A stretch of 64,000 nt of DNA from positions 20,956,001 through 21,020,000 of the forward strand of contig NC_043001.1 of NCBI RefSeq assembly GCF_006345805.1. The letters are read 5' to 3'. Positions 37,945 to 49,410 of the stretch are shown piece by piece; positions within the stretch are counted from its first letter, which is position 1; each line of letters opens with the position of its first letter. The notes under the pieces are model-generated. The model searched no databases. It was not told the origin of the DNA and was given only the letters and a program-made list of their open reading frames with translations. The translations under genes and the position numbers were made by a program. This DNA is from Octopus sinensis. Lineage: Eukaryota.

Positions 37945-38527
37945 AAAATGTATGATAGATTGCAGTCAATTCATTCTCTTCTACCTGTTGTGTGTTGCCT
38001 TCCAAATGCTGTTTTTACTGAGATCCTCCCTTTTTAGTAGAAGAAATAGCTATAACCCTGTGACTGCTATTCTAAATTCGGTATGTGGTAAGGCAACTCG
38101 TTGCTAAACCCTTATGCTTAGTATATATATATATATATAATTATTAATTAATATATAAATAGCTTATTTCCATGCTGACTACCTGATAATTATCATTAAC
38201 GTGATTTTTATCCTTATTTTATGTATATATATATATATATAACTAATTAATTAACTGAAACACATGGACAATGTATTTTATTAGAAATAAAGCTTCAAAA
38301 GAGACTTGTGTATTGCCATCACCTATTATTTTCTTCTCTAATACATCAAGAGTTTGTACTTTCTTAGTACACTTAAACAATTATGACTATAGACACATTT
38401 CTTTATGTATTTCATACAAATACACACACACACATATATATACACACATTATATATATATATATACATACAAACAAAAATGTGTATATGTATGTGTACAC
38501 CCATACTCACAAACAAAATATACTATA

Positions 38528-38584
<57 letters not shown>

Positions 38585-38629
38585 TGTATGTATGTGTTTA
38601 TATATATATAGTATGTCTGGAGAATTCTC

Positions 38630-38990
38630 TCTCCTTTTATACAAACATCCTTGGAATTTGGTCCACCATTGATCTTGCTCACCCCCTACTGTTAGCACAC
38701 AAACCACAAATATTCCTCTCTGAGACACAAATCTCTCATCCTCTATCTCTAACTCATCTCCTCTGTCTAGGCTACACTCATTATTCCAACTTCATCTTGA
38801 AAGCTTGCATTTACACTTACATAGAAACTAACTCACCCTACCTTTTACCTCTCATGTGGATTTCAAAAACAAAAACCTTCTTGTTACCCTGTCTACCTCA
38901 CCTCACCACTCCCTGAAGACTACAGCCCCCTCCTCCTCACTGGGAAATTCCAGGCACTTACTCAGCCTGCAAGAAATAATAACCAAATTT
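38630..38990 (+). mobile_element. Decayed APE endonuclease N-terminus of a CR1/L2-type LINE
   Basis: YTNILGIWSTIDLAHPLLLAHKPQIFLSETQIS resembles the APE motif N-I-R-G-L...(L)-S/T-E-T. Confidence 0.55.
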
Positions 38991-39009
38991 CCCACAAGCC
39001 AACCCTATC

Positions 39010-39406
39010 ACTCTTTACTCTTTTACTTGTTTCAGTCACCTGACTGCGGCCATGCTGGAGCACCGCCTTTAGTCGAGCAAATCGATCCCAGGACTTATTC
39101 TTTGTGAGCCTAGTACTTATTCTATCGGTCTCTTTTGCTGAACCACTAAGTTACGGGGACGTAAACACACCAGCATCGGTTGTCAAGCGATGTCGGGGGG
39201 AAAAAACACAGACACACAAACACACACACATATTTATACATATATACAACGGGCTTCTTTCAGTTTCCGTCTACCAAATCCACTCACAAGGCTTTGGTCG
39301 ACCCGAGGCTATAGTAGAAGACACTTGCCCAAGGTGCCACACAGTGGGACTGACCCAGATGCATGTGGTTGGTAAGCAAACTACTTACCACACAGCCACT
39401 CCTGCG
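39010..39406 (-). mobile_element. SINE family A, full length
   Basis: Reverse complement of the family A consensus. Confidence 0.85.
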
Positions 39407-39750
39407 TCTTAAAGATAGGAAGAACAAACTCAATAATGTAGTCATATCAACACAATATGAAGAAAAGGTAGAGTAGTCATGACTAGAAACATTTTTATCA
39501 TAGGTATGTTGAATGAGGGTTAACCTGGACTCAACATCAACAATGACCCTTGGCTCTTGCACTAGAAAAGTTGAAAAGATGTGTTTAAAGTTAATTTTAG
39601 TTAATTTTAAAACTCCGAAATTTTCACTACTCAACTATTTTACAGGACAATGGGATGGTGAATATAAGCATTGACTAAGTGTTAAATGTAATTATTTATC
39701 TAGTGGGTGTTAGTTCAATGCTAGAGTCAATAAATGTGTATATATATATA

Positions 39751-40125
39751 TTCTTTTACTTGTTTCAGTTATTTGACTGCGGCCATGCTGGAGCATCACA
39801 TTAAAAGGTTTTATTGTCAAACAAATCAACCCCAGGACTTATTCTTTATAAGGCCATACTTCTTTTGGTTGCTTTTGCCAAACCATTAAGTTACGGGGAC
39901 GTAAACACACCAACATCGGGTATGAAGTGATGGTGGTCAGGGGACAAACACAGACACACACAGACATATATGATGGGCTTCTTTCAGTTTCTGTCTACCA
40001 AATCCTCTCACAAGGATTTAGTCGGCCCGAGACAATAGTAGAAGACATTTGCCAAAGGTGTCACACAGTGGGACTGAACCCGGAACCATGTAGTTGAGAA
40101 GCAAGCTTCTTACCACACAGCCATA
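39751..40125 (-). mobile_element. SINE family A, diverged
   Basis: Family A motifs on the minus strand. Confidence 0.75.
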
Positions 40126-40307
40126 TAATTAAGTAATTATATATTTTCCATGATGTCATAGATTGGACAGTTTAACAGGAGCTGACACTAGGGTTCAGTC
40201 TGTTTTGGCATGGTATCTACAACTGGATGCCCTTTCTAATACCAACCACTTTACAGAATGTAATGGGTGCTTTTTACATAGCACCAGCACCAGGACTTAA
40301 TGGTATA

Positions 40308-40632
40308 TCATCATCATTTAACGTCTGTTCTCCATGCTAGCATGGGTTGGACGGTTCGACCGGGGATCTGGGAAGCCAGAAGGCTGCACCAGGCTCCAGT
40401 CTTATTTAGCAATGTTTCTACATCTGGATGCCCTTCCTTACGCCAACCACTCCGTGAGTGTAGTGGGTGCTTTTTACGTGCCACCTGCACAGGTGCCGGG
40501 CGAGGCTGGCAACGGCCATGGTCGGTTTGGTGCATTTTACGTGCCACCGGCACGGAAGCCAGTCGGGTTGGCACTGGCATCGGCCACGATTCAGATGGTG
40601 CTTTTTACGTGCCACCGGCACGGAAGCCAGTC
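40308..40632 (-). mobile_element. RTE LINE 3' tail fragment
   Basis: (cat)n tail and catgctagcatgggttggacgg, as in the other copies. Confidence 0.85.
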
Positions 40633-41369
40633 ATAGGAAAAAATGTCTCAAAAGATCCCCCTGGGTTTATTTGTGAAGCTAAGCCTTCCATGAGCTTTAA
40701 TGTACTAAAAAAATTTTTTTAATTCTTTTCCTGAATCTACACTGCTAATATTGCCATCAAATACAGTGGAATCAGTGAAAAAAACATCACCAGCAGAGCA
40801 ACATATAGGAGAATACTCTTAATATGGACAATAGAATGGGAACAGTTTTCCTCCTGCAGATTTAATTATGGGTTCTGTATGAAATTCAGAGAAGATTACC
40901 AATTGTGACAAGTGTGTGAACAAGGCCAGAAGGTACAACAGCTGAAACAGTGTGACTATAACAACCAAGACGCAGACACTCATTTGGATATATGAACGTA
41001 TGATGATAATGGTAATTCCACATCTCAGAAATTCAGACAAAACTGTCCCTTTTCCTTCTGTCTCTATTCTATCAACTTCTATCATGTGGGTTCTTTTTGA
41101 TCATTCTCTCTTTTGTCTGCAGGAGGCAAGACAACCCTCTGATAATGGTGAATGAATGAACAGAGACAGTATAAGTGCAGAGAAAATCATTTGTGGTTGG
41201 CAATGAGAAAGACGTCCAAGCAAGATATGTCCTCAGTCCAGCCAGGGAAGCATTAACCCCCAAATAGTAATTGTTTTGATCCGTGATGGCCCATCCAAAC
41301 CATGCCAGAATAGAAAAAAAACAAAATGATGTAAAATGGCAAGAATGATGACGATAAAGTGTGTATGTG

Positions 41370-41400
<31 letters not shown>

Positions 41401-41629
41401 AAATAGTATGATAGTTGTAATATGAGTGTTGCTCATTTCCAATATTCTGCAAGAACACGTCTGTGTCTGGTTATGGGAAATATTACCATGCTTAGAAACA
41501 GGTAACAGATGGCAGCACAAAGGTTATCCATAGAAAATCTGAGTTATTAATATCTGTCCAACCCATACAAAAAAAAAAAAAAAATGATGATGATGAAATA
41601 TGTGTGTGTGTGCGCGCGTACATACGTAC

Positions 41630-41673
<44 letters not shown>

Positions 41674-41759
41674 TTGGTGGTAAGATCAGATATATCTTTG
41701 ATCTTTCAGGATTCTTTCATTATCGCTATTTTCGGCCTCATTTTTTTTTCTTCTTAATT

Positions 41760-43000
41760 AGTTTGGTCAAGACCCTCCAAGACCATTGAAATAGATGTCA
41801 TTAACATACTTGAAGAGTTGTTGTAAGTAGTTGATAGTTGCAGGAAAAACATCTGCAAGGAACGATTTCTAGAGGACTGATATTGTGGGGAAGAAGGACT
41901 TGGTGAGGTGAAGTGTTTGATGCAGAGCCTGAGGGTGTGGGTGGACACAGTATGACTGACAAGAGGAGGAGGGATGTAAGATGAAAAAGTGAGTTAGGAG
42001 ATACCAAGTAAAGCTAGCTCTAAGGCATAAAGGCCATTTTAGTATCACAGAAAAGGTAGCAGATGAGACAGCACATCTATGGGCCACAGTTTGGTGTGTG
42101 TTTATGTGCAAGTTCACACCAAATAGTCTAGTGACCTTTATTTGTACACAGTCAGAATGTTTATGTCTGTAGCAATAGCACTGTCCCAAATGTGGACAGG
42201 AACTGTACTCCATTGTGGTTACACCTGAGCTTCATACAGAATTAGTTGTGCAGAGGCTGAGCTATTTTCTAACACTGAAGAGGAAGGCCAGTCTTTGAGA
42301 TGCAGCTTTGCTTTAGAATGTATGTTCACTAAAAGATCCTGTGAGTTAATTGTAAGGATTCTAGTAGCTTGTTGTTCATATGTATGGGGGAAAGAAGATA
42401 TGACAATGTTGCATTAGTATGTGTAATGATTGTGTTTTTTTGATTGTGTCTTTTTGAGGATGGCACTTGGGTGTGAAAGTTTAAAGAAGAATGAAGACTG
42501 GTATCACATGTTTAGGAATGGGTGTTGTTGTAGTTGATGGTAAGTAGGTCACTAATGTATAGAAGGAAGAATGTGTGGTACCAAAATAAAAAAAAAGAAA
42601 AAGAAAAGATCCTGAGGCAAATTAAAGTTGGAAAAGTGTAAGTCAGAGAAAATTCTATGAGCAAACAAATGTGATCTAATAGGAAACCATAGGTTCCATA
42701 AAAGGCAAAAGGCAGATAAAACCCAAAGAGATTTATGAACACACTCTACTCTCTCTCTGCTATTGTTGCTCAATATAGGGTAAGCTTTGATGGCCACTGC
42801 TACCATGCTGAACACCAGGCTGTACTAGATGCTGCATTTTAGTGGTTTCTGTACTCTAATAGAGGACAAAGACCACTCAACTATACTGAGGATATTGCTA
42901 GAGACATAAAACATGAAATTGAGAACCTTAGAAAGCTTTTAATGGGACAGAGATTCATAGACCTGCATGGTTAAGCACCTCTTGGTTGCAGTCACATGAA
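41760..43000 (-). mobile_element. Decayed reverse transcriptase and C-terminal region of a CR1/L2-type LINE
   Basis: Minus-strand remnants: VHKSL (cf. RVWHKSL), frameshifted PQGS...FLLYISDLL, and KSFFPTISVL...DVFPATIN near the 3' end. Confidence 0.55.
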
Positions 43001-44639
43001 CAATTAACTGTAATCATATTTAAACAAGGAAATATAAAAGCAGAGAGTGTTTAATGCTGCTCACAATTAGTGTTGCTAGCATGTCGTTAGAACATTAAAT
43101 GTGATTTTAAATAAATGTTTATAGAAGATGATCTTTTTCAAACTCATGAAAACCAGTTGCTTCATGATATACTACAGAAGAGAGTAAAACTGAAGGAATA
43201 ACTTGTCATTTAACTCTTTACTTTTACCATTTAACATTATAGAACTATACATCATATGAAAAAGTTTACATGAATGGCGGTGCCCCAGCATGGCCACAGC
43301 TCGTGAGCTGAAACTAGATAAAATATATAAAAATATAGAGACAATATTAGAGTAAAAGGGCAGAGAAGGAGGAGGAAGAAGCAAGGTGGCACAGAAAAGA
43401 TTCAGTAGACAGCAGTATTTAGCTATTTTTACATTCTGAGTTCAAATCTCACCAGTCATTCTAGAATCAGTGAAATAAGTACAGAGGTTGATTTCATTGA
43501 CTGAACCCTCCCCCACAGGCTTTGGGCCAGTGATAGAAAATGATATTAAAGACAGCAACTGAAATCTATATTTCTTTTATTCATAGTGAGTGGGAATATA
43601 AATTAAGAGCCAGTACAATATGCCTCCCCCCCACTTCCTCACCCCATCTACCTCCTCCTTATTCATATCATGCTGGTGTCTAGATAATTCAAGCAATAAG
43701 AGTGAGAGATGGACTGAGACAGATGAAAGGAGAAAAGAAGCAATGGGAAGAAAGAGGAAGAAGATACAAAGAAGTATTTATTTGAAACACAGATGTGAAG
43801 GGGAGAAGGAAAAATAAAAAAGACTGGAAAAAAAAAAAGAAGAAAAAAAAGTGACAATTCTAAGCTAAGCTTCAAGACCCAAGAAAGAAGAATCCAGGCA
43901 ATGAGAACACTCACATAACAGATGAACAAACAAGGAATTTAATTTGATCTTAGGCTGCCCAACTAAAGAATTGTGGCTGTTGGTGGCAGTAGTAGCTCTA
44001 CTAACACTGCAATAAACTCTAAAAACATATGGCATCTATGTTTGCACATATGTGAAAGAAAGAGACCTTAGAATAGGAGGAAAAGGAGGGATTTTAAGAT
44101 GTAAGAGTTTATAAAAAGATAATATATTTATTTCTCAACAGCACTTGTAGTTGTTTCTCCCCTATTTTTTATTTCTGTATACAACCTTATATGAATGACT
44201 TTGGCTGGGGTTTAAACTAAGATACACACCAGTTATATATGAAAGATAACAACTCAAAATCCTGAGAGTTAACCATCTCTTCAAACTTTTATATATATAT
44301 ATATCATCATCATCATCATCATCATTTAATATATATATATATATATATATATATTACTTAGGTTACTTAGATAAGTTTTGGCTGAAGTTGGTCCAGGCTA
44401 ATTTAATAGTACCACCTGGAAGAGAAACATAGTCAGCTCTTGGGCAGAACTTGAGGCAATCCAATGAAGCTACACGAAGAAGATAGCCTCTATGCAGTAT
44501 ATAAGCTATTGGGAAAGACTCAAGAGATGAAGACACTATTCCTTAGAGCATAGGTGAAAAAGATATGCCATAATATACATTTGAAAGATCCTTGAAGGAC
44601 TTGTCCTAAACTTTGGCATCGAGAGTTACACAAATACTA

Positions 44640-44945
44640 GAACTGGGCACCACTGCATAGTGCCAAGGACTCCAAATTTGCCATCAAGATGTAGGACAAG
44701 ATACTGCAATAACCTGGGCTTTAGAGGTCCACAGCTCTTTAATATCCTCCTGAAGGACCTGAGAGACCTGCATGGGGCAGATGTAGGTGTTTTCAAAATA
44801 AAGCTGGACCTCTTCCTGTCAAGTGTCCCATATGAACCAACTTCACGGCAGGAGGTGCAAATGAGGGCAGCTGCATCAAACTCTCTCATGCACCAAATGT
44901 CAATTCCTAAAAAGCATTCGTGAAGTAAAATTATGTAGTAACACC
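44640..44945 (+). mobile_element. CR1/L2-type LINE 3' coding end
   Basis: NLGFRGPQLFNILLKDLRDLHGADVGVFKIKLDLFLSSVPYEP. Confidence 0.75.
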
Positions 44946-44949
44946 AATA

Positions 44950-45390
44950 TGTAACAACACCAATATGTGGCACTTGGTGAAGAATGAAGTTTGATGTAGC
45001 TACCCTCATTTGCACCTCTTGCCGTGAGGTAGGTTCATCTGGGACTCTCGACAGGAAGAGGTCTAGCTTTCATTTAAAAACGCCTACATCTACTTTGTGC
45101 AAGTTCCCCAGGCTCTTTGAGAGAATATTAAAAAGCTGTGGGCCCCTAAAACCCAGGCTGTTGCAGTAACTGGTCCTGAAGCGCAATGGCATTGCCGGGA
45201 TCTTTGGCACTATGCTGTGTTGTCCCGTTCTGGCATTGATGTAGCTTTCAGTGCCAAAATTTTGGCAGAATTCCTTCCAGGATCTTCCAGATGTATGTTA
45301 CTGCGTACCTCTCCCACCTTCTCTCTAGGGAGTAGAGTCTTAGCTGTTTCAGCCTTTCCCAGTAGCTGAGCAGTTGCAAAGACACGAAAG
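44950..45390 (-). mobile_element. Second copy of the same LINE 3' end, inverted
   Basis: Minus-strand frame reads YWEKAETAKTL-type frameshifted remnants that reconstruct to YWERLKQLRLYSLERRWERY...SLGFRGPQLFNIL...KLDLFLSRVPDEP. Confidence 0.7.
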
Positions 45391-46661
45391 AAAAACAAGA
45401 AGGAGAATTATATCAACTAAACCAAATAACATCCATCATAAAACAAATGATCGACAATATCAGAAATAATGGTATCAAATTTTGGCACAAGGCTAGCAAT
45501 TTTTGGGGAAAAGGTAAGTTAATTAAATCGACCCCAGTGCTTGACTGGTATTTACTTTATCAACCCAGAAAGGATGAAAGGGAAAGATAATCTCAGCAGA
45601 ATTTAAACTTAGAGCATAAGGATGAACAAACTGCTGTTGAGCATTTTGCCTGGCATGCTAATGGTTCTGCTCCCTTAACAACAGCAGTAATAATAAAACC
45701 AATCATAAATATCAATGAATGGGTTTATGTGTAAGTTCTGCAGCTACAGCACAGACACAGTGCCATAAATGTGTTATAAATACTAGGGACATGTTGCAAG
45801 CTCTAAATCATACGATACTCTAGAACAAGGCTGGCTCACCTGTGGCCTGCAGACTTTTATATTGTGGTCCGCTTGATGGTTTCTTGAAATGGGTTTATTT
45901 AAACAAACATTTAAAAATTTTTTATCAAAAATTAAAGATTTTAATGTGAAGTAAAAAAGAAAGATATTATTGTTTTCGCAACAGCAATATTTCATGTTGA
46001 ATCAATGATCATTCATTCATTATTGTAATAATAGCAGGAGAAAGCAAAAGGCTTTCAATTCTATCAGCAGTGATTATTTGACTATTAGTGCATGAAGTAA
46101 CCAAGCAACCCTCAAAAAACTTTCTTTGATTAAAGTGGCCTATAATGTAATTCAAGTTGCCAGAACATAGAACAAATAATTAGAACCTTTTTTACAAAAA
46201 AAAGTTAATTCTAGGGATCATCACAACATATTTCATAAAGTGCTTCATAGCATCATACAAGTTCTTCTATGGTTTTCTTTACATAAGAATCAATTGATAC
46301 TTGAGCTATGTCACTCAAACTTGCTAATAAATACTTCTTACTCCAGTCAAATCCTTCCTCAAATAAATTCATATTACCTCAAGTGTCAAGGATTACATAT
46401 CCAAATCCTTAAGTCAACAAATCTAACACAATCAAACTCAACATAGCTTTAAAGCTAGCTGAAGATTTTATCAGACCAACACACCAGATTTAAATGTTAT
46501 GATGTCTCAGTGATTATATGCTGGTGAAGTAGACTGGATAATTAGACAAATTATTATTGTACATTAGTTGATTCATCTAATAGTTATCTCACTCTTTCAG
46601 TTCTTCAGTAGAGTCTACAAAACATTTCCAATGATATCTCTTAGTATACTTAAGTTTAGAC

Positions 46662-49410
46662 CCGTGGTTCTCAACCATTTTCTGCCGATGGACCCTTTTG
46701 ATTCCTATTTTATTCTACTAGACCTCCATAGTCATTTGATGTATATATAAAAAAAAATCCTACTGTATTTTTATAATTAAATATTAATAGGAATTCATCA
46801 TCATCATCATCATCATCATCATTTAACGTCCGCTTTCCATGCTAGCATGGGTTGGACGGTTCAACTGGGGTCTGGGGAGCCCGAAGGCTGCACCAGGCCA
46901 GTCAGAACTGGCAGTTTTTCTACAGCTGGATGCCCTTCCTAACGCCAACCACTCCGAGAGTGTAGTGGGTGATTTTATGTGCCACCGACACAGGTGCCAG
47001 ACGAGGCTGGCAGACGGCCACACTCGGATGGTGTTTTTTTATGTGCCAGATGAGGCTGGCGAACGGCCACGATTGGATGGTGTTTGTTACGTGCCCACGG
47101 CACGGAGGCCAGTCGATGCGGTACTGACTACGGCCACGTTCGGATGGTTTTCTTGTGTGTGACCGGCACTGGTACCACAAAGATACAAATTCCATTGATG
47201 TTCATCTATTTTGATTTGTTTTGATTTTCACTTGCCTCAACAGGTCTTCACAAGTGTCACAAGAAGGAAGGTATGCACAGCTGGACTGACTACGTCCTAG
47301 GTAGGGGCCACGGGTTATGCCTGACTAGTCTTGCCGGGTCTTCGGATGGTGTTTTTATGTGCCCCGACACAGGTGCCTAGTCTTGCCGGTCTTCGGATGG
47401 TGTTTTTATGTGCCAACGACACAGGTGCCAGATGAGGCTGGCGAACGGCCACGATCGGATGGTGTTTGTTACGTGCCCACAGCACGGAGGCCAGTCGATG
47501 CGGTACTGGCTATGGCCATGTTCGGATGGTTTTCTTGTGTGCCACAAAGATATAAATTCCATTGATGTTCATCTATTCTCTATCTGATTTGTTTTGATTT
47601 TTGATTTTTGATTTTTGATTTTCACTTGCCTCAACAGGTCTTCACAAGTGTCTCAAGAAGGAAGGTATGCACAGGTGACTGACTATGTCCAGGTAGGGGC
47701 CACGGGTTATGGCCTGACTAGTCTTGCCGGGTCTTCGGAGGGTGTTTTATGTGCCACCGACACAGGTGCCAGATGAGGCTGGCAAACGGCCACGATCGGA
47801 TGGTGTTTGTTATGTGCCCACAGCATGGAGGCCAGTCGATGCGGTACTGGCTACGGCCACGTTCGGATGGTTTTCTTGTGTGCCACCGGCACTGGTACCA
47901 CAAGGATACAAATTCCATTGATGTTCATCTATTTTGATTTTGATTTTCACTTGCCTCAGCAGGTCTTCACAAGTGTCACAAGAAGGAAGGTATGCACAGG
48001 TGAACTGACTACGTCCCAGGTAGGGGCCACGGGTATGGCCTGACTAGTCTTGCCGGGTCTTCTCACTACATCAGCATACTTCCATAGGTCTCGGTCTCTA
48101 GTCATTTCCTTGGTGATACCTAAAGTTCGAAGGACGTGCTTCACCAGCTCGTCCCAGTTTTCCTGGGTCTACCTCTTCTTCTACACAGGTTCCCTCAACT
48201 GCTAGGGTGTAGCACTTTTGCAAACAACTATCTTCAGCCATTCTCGTCACATGACCATACCAGCGCAGCCGTCTCTCTTGCACACCACAACTGACGCTTC
48301 TTAGGTTCAACTTTTCTCTCAAGGTACTTACACTCTGACGATTATGAACACTGACATTACACATCCATCGGAGCATACTGGCTTCATTTCTTGCGAGCTT
48401 ACGCATATCCTCAGCAGTCACGGCCCATGTTTCACTACCATGTAGCATGGCTGTACGTACACATGCATCATACAGTCTGCCTTTTACTCTGAGCGAGAGG
48501 CCTTTTGTCACCAGCAGGGGTAAGAGCTCTCTAAACTTTGCCCAGGCTATTCTTACTCTAGCAGTTACACTTTCAGCACACCCACCCCCGCTACTGACTT
48601 GGTCTCCTAGGTAGCGGAAGCTATCAACTACTTCTAGTTGTCTCCCTGGAACGTGGTAGAAGTTGGTCTCTGCACATTTCCAGTGTTTATTGCTCCTGAG
48701 CATCTGCCACAGACAAAAACTATTTTCCTAGTTAGCCTTCCTTTGACATTGCTGCACCTCTTATGTGTCATAGCTTACACTTGGTGCACCTTATAGAGTT
48801 TCTACCTACCACCTTTTTTACAGATCGAGCAGGGCCATCTACCTGAAGTCGTTTGTGATTGGTCCACCTTCCTACTTATTAGGACTTTGGTTTGGCTAGG
48901 TTGATTCTAAGGCCCTTCGATTCTAATCCTTGTTTCCACCACACCTGAAACTTCTCCTCCAGTTCTGATAGTGACTCAGCAATTAGAGCAAGGTCATCAG
49001 CATAGAGGAGCTCCCAGGGGCATCCTGTCTTGAATTCCTCCGTTATTGCCTGGAAGACTATGATAAATAGGAGGGGACTGAGGACTGAACCTTGGTGGAC
49101 CCCAACTCTCTACCCGGAATTCTTCACTGTACTCGTTGCCAACCCTCACCTTACTAGCAGCGTCTCTGTACATGGCTCGCACAGCTCTCACTAACCATTC
49201 ATCTATCCCTAGTTTCCTCATTGACCACCAGATAAGGGATCGGGGGACCCTGTCAAAGGCTTTCTCCAAGTCAACAAAAGCCAGGTACAAGGGCTTATCT
49301 TTGGCTTATAAAAAAAATTTACTATTTTGCTGGTTGTAGAAGTATAATTAATTTATTATTCATAGATTCTAACAACAAAATCTTATATGGACCCCAGTTG
49401 AGAACTTCTG
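46662..49410. mobile_element. hAT (Buster/Charlie-like) MITE split by an RTE LINE
   Basis: TIRs ccgtggttctcaac / gttgagaacttctg; perfect 8-bp TSD gtttagac at 46654-46661 and 49411-49418. Confidence 0.85.
46796..49306 (-). mobile_element. 5'-truncated RTE-clade (RTEX-like) LINE: frameshifted RT, C-terminus, 3' UTR, (TGA)n tail
   Basis: LYLAFVDLEKAFDRVPR, PWELLYADDLALIAES, VVDSFRYLG, LHGSETW and RRLRWYGHVTRM motifs in order; tail catcat at 46796. Confidence 0.92.

Larger units (their letters stand above)
35649..38123 (+). repeat. Tandem array: 4 x ~610-bp units, each with a hammerhead ribozyme motif (retrozyme-like)
   Basis: Unit starts (ctaa(a)c) at 35661, 36275, 36885, 37496 and a partial fifth at 38104; periods 614, 610, 611, 608; (TA)n on both sides. 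Confidence 0.9.

Noticed and set aside
40735-41240. Coding-like composition, possibly a decayed TE or gene fragment
   Set aside because: Multiple stops in the frames I read and no motif I can name.
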